Shown here: piece by piece, positions 1 through 8,186 of the stretch | Numbering within the stretch: position 1 is the first letter of the stretch | Layout of the letters: each line of letters starts with the position of its first letter | Assembly: GCA_947623505.1 (NCBI GenBank) | Contig: CANQGT010000006.1 | Span: forward strand, 27,994-91,993 | Source: an uncultured Clostridia bacterium | Lineage (GTDB): Bacteria; Bacillota; Clostridia; Oscillospirales; Acutalibacteraceae | Direction: 5' to 3' | DNA length: 64,000 bases | The notes under the pieces: model-generated | Database searches by the model: none | Told to the model about the DNA's origin: nothing | What the model saw: the letters and a program-made list of their open reading frames with translations, nothing else | Made by a program: the position numbers and the translations under genes

Positions 1-1713
1 GTTCTCGATAAAAACAGGCTCGGCGTTGTAAAGGCAAAGGGCGAAATAAAATGCCTTGAGGAAAAGCTGAAAGACGAAAGCCCGCGCGGAAATATCGGCA
101 TAGGCCACACAAGATGGGCAACCCACGGAGCGGCGAACGAAACGAACGCCCATCCGCATTGCGCGGGGCATTTTTCCGTGGTTCACAACGGAATAATCGA
201 AAACTGGCGCGAAATAAGGGACGGGCTTGAAATGAGCGGCGTTTCCTTTGAAAGCGAAACGGATACCGAGGTTATTCCAAAACTGCTGGAACTGAATTAC
301 AGCGGCGATATTCTTGAGGCGATACGAAAAACTCTCAAACTTTTGGAGGGCTCTTACGCTCTCGGAATAATATGCTCAAACGACGCGAGGACGCTCTACT
401 GCGCCAAAAAAAGCTCACCGCTCATCATCGGGCTCGGCAAGGGAGAAAATTTCATCTCGTCGGATATAAATCCTTTGCTTGGCCGCGCGAACGAGGCGGT
501 ATATCTTGAGGACGGCGAAACGGCGGCGATAACGGAAGATTCCGTTTCCGTTTACGATCCCGATTTTAATTTGACGGAGAAAGAGAAGAAGAGCATAAGC
601 CTCGGCGCGGGAACCGCCGAAAAGGGCGGATTCGAGCATTTTATGCTGAAAGAGATCTGCGAGCAGCCGCAGGTCATTAAAAACACGCTTGATTCCGTTA
701 CCGCAAACGGAGGTGTGTGTTTTGAAGATTTTCCTTACACGGAAGAGGAAATAAAGGCTCTTGAGCGGATATATATCGTGGGCTGCGGTTCCGCGTATCA
801 CGTCGGCCTTATATCCAAATATAATTTTGAAAAAACGGCGAAAATACCGACCTTTGCCGAATACGCGGGCGAATTCAGATATGCCGATACGGTTTTGAAC
901 GAAAACTGCCTTGTGATAATAATCAGCCAGAGCGGTGAAACGGCGGACAGCCTTGCCGCGCTTAAAACGGCATCGGAATCCGGCGCGAAAACGGTTAGCG
1001 TAGTAAACGTACCCGAAAGCTCGATCGCCAAAATGAGCCGTTACAGCGTTTTAACGATGGCGGGGACGGAAATAGCGGTTGCCACAACAAAGGCGTTTAC
1101 CTGCCAGCTCGCGGTTATGAATATGCTGTGTCTTTATATCGCCCGAGCGCGCGGCGCGTGCACAGAGGTTTTCTCGGAGATAGCCGCGAATATGAGCGCG
1201 ACGCTTCCGAAAAAGGCGGAGAAAATAATCGAAAACACCGAAAAAATCAAAACGCTCGCAAAGGAGATAAGCGAAGTTGACAAATGCTTTTTCCTTGGCA
1301 GAAACGTTGATTACGGAGCCGCTCTTGAGGGCGCGCTGAAGCTGAAAGAGATAAGTTATATAGATTGTGTCGGCTATCCCGCGAGCGAACTGAAGCACGG
1401 CACGATAAGCCTTATTGAAAAGGATACAGTCTGCTTCGGTCTTATAAGCAACAGGGAGCTGCTCGCAAAAACCGCCTCCAACCTTGCGGAGGTAACGGCA
1501 AGGGGCGCGCGCGTTACTGTCTTTGCGCCGGAAAGCCTTGGGGGAGAGCTCACAAAAATCGGCGAGGTGATAACCTATCCCGATTCTATCCCCCTTTTGT
1601 CGCCCTGTCTTGAGGTGATCCCGCTCCAGCTTCTCGCGTATTACACGGCGAAAGAAAAGAATCTGCCCATCGATAAGCCGCGAAATCTTGCCAAATCCGT
1701 TACCGTTGAGTGA
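1..1713 (+). CDS. glmS: Glutamine-fructose-6-phosphate aminotransferase, 5' end outside the window
   Basis: Frame 1 is open from base 1 and reads GIGHTRWATHG...NAHPH...VVHNGIIEN; SIS-domain motifs SQSGETAD, VATTKAF and C-terminal PRNLAKSVTVE. Confidence 0.97.
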   Translation, partial: VLDKNRLGVVKAKGEIKCLEEKLKDESPRGNIGIGHTRWATHGAANETNAHPHCAGHFSVVHNGIIENWREIRDGLEMSGVSFESETDTEVIPKLLELNYSGDILEAIRKTLKLLEGSYALGIICSNDARTLYCAKKSSPLIIGLGKGENFISSDINPLLGRANEAVYLEDGETAAITEDSVSVYDPDFNLTEKEKKSISLGAGTAEKGGFEHFMLKEICEQPQVIKNTLDSVTANGGVCFEDFPYTEEEIKALERIYIVGCGSAYHVGLISKYNFEKTAKIPTFAEYAGEFRYADTVLNENCLVIIISQSGETADSLAALKTASESGAKTVSVVNVPESSIAKMSRYSVLTMAGTEIAVATTKAFTCQLAVMNMLCLYIARARGACTEVFSEIAANMSATLPKKAEKIIENTEKIKTLAKEISEVDKCFFLGRNVDYGAALEGALKLKEISYIDCVGYPASELKHGTISLIEKDTVCFGLISNRELLAKTASNLAEVTARGARVTVFAPESLGGELTKIGEVITYPDSIPLLSPCLEVIPLQLLAYYTAKEKNLPIDKPRNLAKSVTVE

Positions 1714-1735
1714 AAACAGAACTATAGAAAATCAA

Positions 1736-1765
1736 AACGCCGTTCCCGATTTAGGGAACGGCGTT
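1736..1765. terminator. Bidirectional intrinsic terminator between convergent glmS and the ABC-F gene
   Basis: 12-bp stem aacgccgttccc / gggaacggcgtt with A-rich and T-rich flanks. Confidence 0.85.
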
Positions 1766-1777
1766 CGTTTATTTTAT

Positions 1778-3385
1778 TCAGTATTTTTTTAATTGATCCT
1801 CGTCGAAATTCTCAAGAAATTCGTCGTAAGTGCCTTTGTAGTCAACGAGCTTATCGCCGGAGATCTCGATTATCCTGTCGGCTACCGTCTGTATAAACTG
1901 ATGGTCGTGCGAGGTGAAAAGCACGGTTTCGGGATAGCGGATAAGGCCGTTGTTAAGCGCCGTTATCGATTCAAGGTCAAGGTGGTTCGTCGGTTCGTCA
2001 AGCACAAGCACGTTTGCTCCGCTCAGCATCATTTTGCAGAGCATACATCTTACCCTCTCTCCGCCGGAGAGCACGCTTGCGTTTTTGAGCGCGTCGTCGC
2101 CGCTGAAAAGCATTCTGCCGAGCCAGCTTCTTATATCCGTTTCAAGAGTCTGCGTCGTGTACTGCCGCAGCCAGTCTATAAGATTCAGATCCACTCCGTC
2201 AAAATACGCGCCGTTGTCGCTCGGAAAATAGCTCTGAGAAGTCGTTACTCCCCATTTAAAGCTGCCGCTGTCGGGCTCCGTTTCGCCCATAATTATTTTA
2301 AAAAGAGTTGTTTTGGCAACCGCGTCTGAGCCCACGAAAGCGACTTTTTCCCTCGGGTGAATGATAAATGAAATATCGTCAAGAACCTTTCTGCCGCCTA
2401 TCGTCTTTGTTATGTGCTCCACTTTGAGCAGATCGTTGCCGCAAACTCTGTCCGGCTTAAAATCAACGTAAGGAAAGCGCCTTGAGGAAACGGGCATCTC
2501 TATCATCTCAAGCGCGTCAAGCTGCTTTTTTCTGCTTGTCGCCTGCTTCGATTTTGAGGCGTTCGCGCTGAAACGCTGAATAAATTCCTGAAGCTCCTTT
2601 ATTTTCTGCTCGTTTTTCTTGTTCTGATCCTTCATCTGGCGCTGGCGCATCTGCGTGTATTCATACCAGAAATCATAGTTGCCGACATAGAGCTGTATTT
2701 TTCCGAAATCAACGTCGCAGATATGTGTGCAGACCTTGTTTAAGAAATGGCGGTCGTGCGAAACCACGATAACGGTGTTTTCAAAATCCATAAGAAAATT
2801 TTCAAGCCAGCGTATGGCCGAAAGATCAAGGTGGTTCGTCGGCTCGTCGAGCAAAAGTATATCGGGATTGCCGAAAAGCGCTTTCGCGAGCAAAACCTTT
2901 ACTTTCATATCGGAGGGCAGCTCCGCCATTTTAAGATAGTGGTATTTGTCCGTAACGCCGAGCTTGTTGAGCATAAATTCGGCGTCGGATTCGGCGTTCC
3001 AGCCGTCAAGATCCGCGAACTCAGCCTCAAGCTCTCCCGCCTTTATTCCGTCCTCGTCGCTGAAATCCGGCTTTGCGTAAAGGGCGTCCTTTTCCTCCAT
3101 TATTTCAATAAGGCGCGGGTTACCCATAAGCACCGTGCGCACCACTTCAAAATCATCGTATTTGAAATGATCCTGCTCAAGCACAGAAAGCCTTTCGCCC
3201 GGAGTCATAAAAATATCGCCCTTTTGCGGCTCAAGCTCGCCGCTCAGCACTTTTAAGAATGTTGATTTACCAGCGCCGTTCGCGCCGATTATACCGTAGC
3301 AGTTGCCGGGCGCGAAAGTCACGTTCACCCTCTCGAACAGTGCCTTACCGCCGAACTGCACCGTAACGTAGTTTGCCTGAATCAT
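1778..3385 (-). CDS. ABC-F family ribosome-associated ATPase (YbiT/YkpA-like)
   Basis: Two ABC domains (GANGAGKST, LDEPTNHLD twice, LSGGE), charged inter-domain linker, no transmembrane segments; ATG 3385 preceded by GGAGGA. Confidence 0.9.
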   Translation of the reverse strand: MIQANYVTVQFGGKALFERVNVTFAPGNCYGIIGANGAGKSTFLKVLSGELEPQKGDIFMTPGERLSVLEQDHFKYDDFEVVRTVLMGNPRLIEIMEEKDALYAKPDFSDEDGIKAGELEAEFADLDGWNAESDAEFMLNKLGVTDKYHYLKMAELPSDMKVKVLLAKALFGNPDILLLDEPTNHLDLSAIRWLENFLMDFENTVIVVSHDRHFLNKVCTHICDVDFGKIQLYVGNYDFWYEYTQMRQRQMKDQNKKNEQKIKELQEFIQRFSANASKSKQATSRKKQLDALEMIEMPVSSRRFPYVDFKPDRVCGNDLLKVEHITKTIGGRKVLDDISFIIHPREKVAFVGSDAVAKTTLFKIIMGETEPDSGSFKWGVTTSQSYFPSDNGAYFDGVDLNLIDWLRQYTTQTLETDIRSWLGRMLFSGDDALKNASVLSGGERVRCMLCKMMLSGANVLVLDEPTNHLDLESITALNNGLIRYPETVLFTSHDHQFIQTVADRIIEISGDKLVDYKGTYDEFLENFDEDQLKKY

Positions 3386-3581
3386 ATGCCGCTCCTCCAA
3401 AGCCCTGATTTGTAAACGTCAGGCCGAAGCCTGAAAATACTCATATATTCTACTACAGGCTTATATCAAAAACAAGGGTAAAAATTATGATTTTTTCGGC
3501 GAATACCCGCGTAAATTCGCCCGCATCCGCCTGAGCCGCGGCAATAAAGCGCGGTTTTTGCCCATCTTTTATTTTATGAGG

Positions 3582-3610
3582 TTGATTTCGCGGAAATTTG
3601 TATGTATAAT
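3582..3610 (+). promoter_or_regulatory. Sigma-A type promoter for the rpe operon
   Basis: TTGATT-N17-TATAAT. Confidence 0.65.
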
Positions 3611-3689
3611 ATGTTTGTCTTAAATAATTATTAAGGCGGCGCGATCGGTGTGCGTCCGAGATCCGCCGCATTAAAGCAGCGAGGGAATT

Positions 3690-4340
3690 ATGGATATAAA
3701 AATTTCGCCGTCAATGCTCGCTTCCGATTTTGCCAATCTTGAGGCGGAGCTTAAAAAATGCGAGATAGCCGGGGCCGATATGATACATCTTGACGTTATG
3801 GACGGCCGTTTTGTGCCCAACATCACGATAGGCGCTCCGGTGATAAAAGCGATGAGAGCCGTCTGCTCTCTGCCGTTTGACGTGCATCTTATGATTTCGG
3901 AGCCGCTCAGATATATAGAGGATTTTGCCGACGCCGGAGCCGATATCATCACATTTCACGCGGAAAGCGACAGCGACATAAGCGAAACGATAGACAAAAT
4001 AATCTCCTGCGGCTGCAAGGCGGGGCTTTCGGTAAAGCCGAAAACCGATATAAGCGCCGTTTATCCGTATATCGGCAGGCTGTCTATGGTGCTGATAATG
4101 ACGGTTGAGCCCGGATTCGGCGGTCAGAGCTTTATGGCGGATATGCTGCCGAAAGCGGAAAAGCTGCGCGGTGATTTTCCGAATATCGACATACAGGTGG
4201 ACGGGGGAGTTGATCCCGAAACAGTTAAGCTGTGCGCAAAGGCGGGCGCGAATGTTTTCGTGGCGGGTTCGGCCGTTTTCAAAAGCCCCGATCCCGCAAA
4301 GGCAATAGCGCGGCTTAAAGAAAACGCGGGGAAAATATGA
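3690..4340 (+). CDS. rpe: Ribulose-phosphate 3-epimerase
   Basis: ISPSMLASDF, HLDVMDGRFVPN, DVHLM, MTVEPGFGGQ, QVDGG motifs. Confidence 0.97.
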   Translation: MDIKISPSMLASDFANLEAELKKCEIAGADMIHLDVMDGRFVPNITIGAPVIKAMRAVCSLPFDVHLMISEPLRYIEDFADAGADIITFHAESDSDISETIDKIISCGCKAGLSVKPKTDISAVYPYIGRLSMVLIMTVEPGFGGQSFMADMLPKAEKLRGDFPNIDIQVDGGVDPETVKLCAKAGANVFVAGSAVFKSPDPAKAIARLKENAGKI

Positions 4341-5389
4341 AAAGAAAACGCTTTTACAAAAACGTAAAGCGAAATCGGAAATGGACTGAAAGCGCCAAGG
4401 GCAGGCATATCGATTTTGCCGATAAATATGCCGACGGCGGCCTCTATACCGATAAATTCGATTATATGAGGCCGAAAAAATCTTCGCGCTCACGTCAAAT
4501 CTACGGCTCTCAAAGGCTCAGAAAAGCGCTTAGAATAATTCCGATATTGTTGCTTTGCCTTGCCGTGCTGAATGCGGGCTACGCGATTATGGGCGTTTAT
4601 ATAAACCGCCACGCGATGCCGAAGCTTTCCCAGAGCGGTTCTCAGCAGGGCGCTTTCAATACGATTTCGCTTCAAATAAAAAGCCGCCGCGCGGAAAGTC
4701 TGTCGCTCGACGGCTCCGTAATGCTTGAAAACGTAATAAACGACGCGCGCGGGAACGGGCGCAACAGCGTTTCTTTCGATATAAAAAGAAGCGACGGAAC
4801 ATTGGGATATACGAGCTCTCTCGCAAACGCCGACGCTTATGGCGCGGTCGCATCACCCGCCGCGAATTTGGGGGATTCGATATCCGAGCTTACTCGGCAG
4901 GAGATACTTCCCGTCGGTATAGTATGGTGCTATGCCGATAATATAGCGCCGCGGCAGAACACGGACTTGGCGCTCAAAAACGCAGACGGCTCCGTTTATG
5001 AGGATAAGGACGGAGGAACTTATCTCAATCCCGATACGCCGGAATCATACGGTTATATAAAGGATATTATAGCCGAGGCAAGCGCCGCGGGAGTAAAGGT
5101 ATTCGCTCTTTGCGCAACCGAGCTTCCCGATGATATAAGCGATGCGTATAACGACGGTTTCGACACCCTCGCGGAGCGTCTTTACAAGGATATAGGAACG
5201 GATATAAAGCTTTTGGAGGCGGTAGAAATCTCTCTTGACGGAGAAGATGCCGAAAGTCTCTCCGAAATAATTCCGGAATATGAAGAAGAAAACACGGTAT
5301 ATTACATTGTCTCGTCCGCGGACGAATCCGATATAAAAGAGAAATTGGAGGATGGCGGAATATCAAGCTATATTCTTGCCGAAAAGTGA
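4337..5389 (+). CDS. Membrane-anchored hypothetical protein with a DUF4015-like (putative glycoside hydrolase) domain, apparently degenerate
   Basis: Basic N-terminus, one hydrophobic helix (IIPILLLCLAVLNAGYAIMGVYI), then NSVSFDIKRSDGTLGY...YLNPDTPESYGYIKDIIAEA resembling DUF4015; ATGA overlap with the rpe stop. Confidence 0.5.
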   Translation: MKRKRFYKNVKRNRKWTESAKGRHIDFADKYADGGLYTDKFDYMRPKKSSRSRQIYGSQRLRKALRIIPILLLCLAVLNAGYAIMGVYINRHAMPKLSQSGSQQGAFNTISLQIKSRRAESLSLDGSVMLENVINDARGNGRNSVSFDIKRSDGTLGYTSSLANADAYGAVASPAANLGDSISELTRQEILPVGIVWCYADNIAPRQNTDLALKNADGSVYEDKDGGTYLNPDTPESYGYIKDIIAEASAAGVKVFALCATELPDDISDAYNDGFDTLAERLYKDIGTDIKLLEAVEISLDGEDAESLSEIIPEYEEENTVYYIVSSADESDIKEKLEDGGISSYILAEK

Positions 5390-6252
5390 AGATGAAAAGA
5401 GGAATATCTTTATTTGCCGCAGCGGCGCTGTCTTTCGGCATTCTGATTTCGGGGTTCTCCGTTTTCGCGGCCGAAAGCTCTACCGGCGGCCCTGTGCTGA
5501 ACGCGCCCTATTTGGAAAGCATATCGTTCACCAACGCCGATATAGACGGCGGCTTTTCCGAGGGAAAAACGAAATTCACCGTTACGCTGAAGGATCCATC
5601 GGTCAGCCCGATGCTCGATTCCTATAAGGTAAACGGCACGGCAAGGCTGTTTGTGAATTATATTTTCGATGAATCAAAGCGGCAGACGGGCGTTGAGGTC
5701 ACTCTTGAGTTTGAGAGCGGCAGCGTAAGATATACGTTTGATTATTCAAACGCCAAGGAATACGAGGTCACGGGCAACGCGAATCTTTCCGATCTTATCT
5801 GCGATTACGGCGAGGTCGTTCCCGCGGTCAACGCGGAGGATACGGACTATAAGCTGTATATCCCGTCGGATCTGAGCCGTCTCAAGCTCACTCCCGTTAC
5901 GCAGAATGTGAACGCAAGCTGCTCTCCGCTCGATATTTCGTTAAACGAAACGCAGGAGCCTAAGCTCAACTTTACGGTTTTGGCTTCCAACGGAAGCACT
6001 AAGCATTATACTTTTCAAATTCTGAGAGTGGATAAAACGCTTGATGAGGTTAGGGAGGAAATGAATTCTTCGGATTACGTTTCCTTTGTAACGGATGAAA
6101 AATTTTATGAAAAGCCCGAATTTTTAATTGCTGTCGGTTCCGCGGCGGCCGCGGCGATCGTTTTGTATTTGCTCGCCGTTATAATAAGGCGCGCGGCGCT
6201 CAGCCCTTATGACAGGGAGGAAAAAAATTTCTACGCGCGGGAAGAAAAATAA
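5386..6252 (+). CDS. Secreted, C-terminally anchored protein with cadherin-like beta-sandwich domain(s)
   Basis: Signal peptide (MKRGISLFAAAALSFG...VFA), LSDL...Y...TVLASNGSTKHYTFQILR pattern, C-terminal TM helix plus charged tail. Confidence 0.6.
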   Translation: MKMKRGISLFAAAALSFGILISGFSVFAAESSTGGPVLNAPYLESISFTNADIDGGFSEGKTKFTVTLKDPSVSPMLDSYKVNGTARLFVNYIFDESKRQTGVEVTLEFESGSVRYTFDYSNAKEYEVTGNANLSDLICDYGEVVPAVNAEDTDYKLYIPSDLSRLKLTPVTQNVNASCSPLDISLNETQEPKLNFTVLASNGSTKHYTFQILRVDKTLDEVREEMNSSDYVSFVTDEKFYEKPEFLIAVGSAAAAAIVLYLLAVIIRRAALSPYDREEKNFYAREEK

Positions 6253-6302
6253 CCGCGCGTTAACGCTCTGCCTTTTAAATAAACTCGAAAGGTCGTGAGA
6301 AT

Positions 6303-7676
6303 ATGGAAATCGAAGAGGTAAAGAATGTTATTGAGGAGCTTTACGGCAGCCGTGAGATAGGAAAGCTGAAAAAGTACCTCAACGATATGAACCCCGCCGA
6401 TATAGCGCAGATACTTGAAGAGGTAGACGATGAAAAACAGCGCGTGTTTTTTTTCAGACTTCTCACCAAGGAAAACGCTGCCGATACTTTTGTTGAGTTT
6501 GATGCGGACACTCAGGAAAATCTGATAATCGCTTTTTCCGATACCGAGCTGAAAGAGGTGCTCGATGAGATATATATCGACGACGCCGCCGATATTATCG
6601 AGGAAATGCCCGCCACCATCGTTAAGAGAATACTGAAAAACACGGATCCGAAAACACGCGAGGCGATAAACACCATACTGAAATATCCCGAGGATTCGGC
6701 GGGCTCAATTATGACTCCCGAATTTGTCGATTTGAAAAAGGATATGACCGTTGAGGACGCGTTCAAGCGGATAAGGAGAACGGGGGTAAATAAGGAGACT
6801 ATCTACACCTGCTATGTTACGGATTCGTCGCGCCATCTTATCGGCGTGCTCACGGTTAAGGATCTTTTGATCCACGATTACGACGATATTATAGAGGATT
6901 TTATGGAAACTAACGTTATTTCCATAAATACTCTTGACGACAGGGAGACGGCGTCAAAGCAGCTTTCAAAATACGATTTCCTCGCCATGCCCGTTGTTGA
7001 TATGGAAAACAGGCTCGTAGGCATAATCACGATAGACGACGCTATCGACGTTCTTCAGGAAGAGGATACAGAGGATATTCAAAAGATGGCCGCCATTCTC
7101 CCTACGGATACGCCCTATTTCAAAACGGGCATATTTGAAACGTGGAAAAAGCGCATACCGTGGCTTATGCTTCTTATGATCTCCGCCACGATAACAAGCC
7201 AGATACTCACCACCTTTGAGCAGAAGCTTTCCTCAATGGCCGTGCTGATAGCATTTATTCCGATGATTATGGACACGGGCGGAAATTCTGGCGGTCAGGT
7301 AAGCGTAACGATAATACGTTCCCTTTCTCTCGGCGAGGTGGGGCTCAAGGATATTTTCAGGGTAATTTGGAAAGAAATACGCGTCGGAGCCGTCTGCGGT
7401 ATTTCACTCGGCGCGGTGTGCTTCGCTAAGCTGATGCTTTTTGACAGGCTCGTTCTCGGCAACAGCGATCTTTCGGTTACCGTGTCTCTCGTTATAAGCC
7501 TCACCATTTTCGTGGAAATAATAATGGCGAAGATAATCGGCTGCACTCTGCCGATACTCGCGAAAAGGCTCGGCTTTGATCCCGCCGTTATGGCAAGCCC
7601 TTTCATAACGACCGTGGTAGACGCTGTCTCGCTGCTTGTCTATATCGGTTTTGCCGCTTTGATATTGAGGATTTAG
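6303..7676 (+). CDS. mgtE: Magnesium transporter MgtE
   Basis: N-domain, CBS pair (SAGSIMT, GIITIDD), membrane part with DTGGNSGGQ and DPAVMASPFITTVVD. Confidence 0.96.
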   Translation: MEIEEVKNVIEELYGSREIGKLKKYLNDMNPADIAQILEEVDDEKQRVFFFRLLTKENAADTFVEFDADTQENLIIAFSDTELKEVLDEIYIDDAADIIEEMPATIVKRILKNTDPKTREAINTILKYPEDSAGSIMTPEFVDLKKDMTVEDAFKRIRRTGVNKETIYTCYVTDSSRHLIGVLTVKDLLIHDYDDIIEDFMETNVISINTLDDRETASKQLSKYDFLAMPVVDMENRLVGIITIDDAIDVLQEEDTEDIQKMAAILPTDTPYFKTGIFETWKKRIPWLMLLMISATITSQILTTFEQKLSSMAVLIAFIPMIMDTGGNSGGQVSVTIIRSLSLGEVGLKDIFRVIWKEIRVGAVCGISLGAVCFAKLMLFDRLVLGNSDLSVTVSLVISLTIFVEIIMAKIIGCTLPILAKRLGFDPAVMASPFITTVVDAVSLLVYIGFAALILRI

Positions 7677-7761
7677 ACGCGCGAAACGCCGAAAATCAAT
7701 GCTTTTTTCGGTGAGGCGCTTGCCGCGCCTCCGCCGTTTATCCGCCTTTAGTTTTTAATAT

Positions 7762-7790
7762 TTGACAAGATTTTATTAAATTGCTATACT
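7762..7790 (+). promoter_or_regulatory. Sigma-A promoter for zapA-U32-maf
   Basis: TTGACA-N17-TATACT with an extended TG. Confidence 0.75.
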
Positions 7791-7826
7791 AAAAATATAA
7801 GTTTAATCTAAATCGGGGGCATTTAT

Positions 7827-8177
7827 ATGACTCATAAAAACAAGGTTCAGCTTAAAATATGCGGAGCAACTTATTCCATTATCACGGAGGACGATCCCGA
7901 ATATGTTGAAAGCCTCGGCGAAATGATTGATTCCGAGATGAAAAAAATTTCGGAAAACAGCCCGAGTCTTTCTCTTATACAGTGCGCCGTTCTTGTGGCG
8001 CTCGAGCAGTCCGACAACAGCAGAAAGGCCGCTGCCGCGGCAGATAATCTTCGCGCTCAGATCAAGGATTATATTGAGGACGCCGCCAGATCAAAGATAG
8101 AGGTGGACGTTGAAAGGCGCGAGATAGAAAGGCTCAACAGAGAAATAGAAAAGCTCAGGGGCAGACTCAACGGATGA
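7827..8177 (+). CDS. zapA: Cell division protein ZapA
   Basis: KVQLKICGATYSI...YVESLGEMIDSEM...AVLVAL followed by a coiled coil; typical length. Confidence 0.85.
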   Translation: MTHKNKVQLKICGATYSIITEDDPEYVESLGEMIDSEMKKISENSPSLSLIQCAVLVALEQSDNSRKAAAAADNLRAQIKDYIEDAARSKIEVDVERREIERLNREIEKLRGRLNG

Positions 8178-8186
8178 TGTAATTAT

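Noticed and set aside
1778-3385. Possible antibiotic-resistance ABC-F protein
   Set aside because: The sequence looks like the housekeeping YbiT/YkpA type, and there is no leader peptide or mobile context.
6050-6252. Cadherin-like protein as a substrate of the class B sortase
   Set aside because: No recognisable sorting pentapeptide precedes its C-terminal TM helix.
6253-6302. M-box magnesium riboswitch upstream of mgtE
   Set aside because: Only 50 nt separate mgtE from the previous gene, too short for the element.
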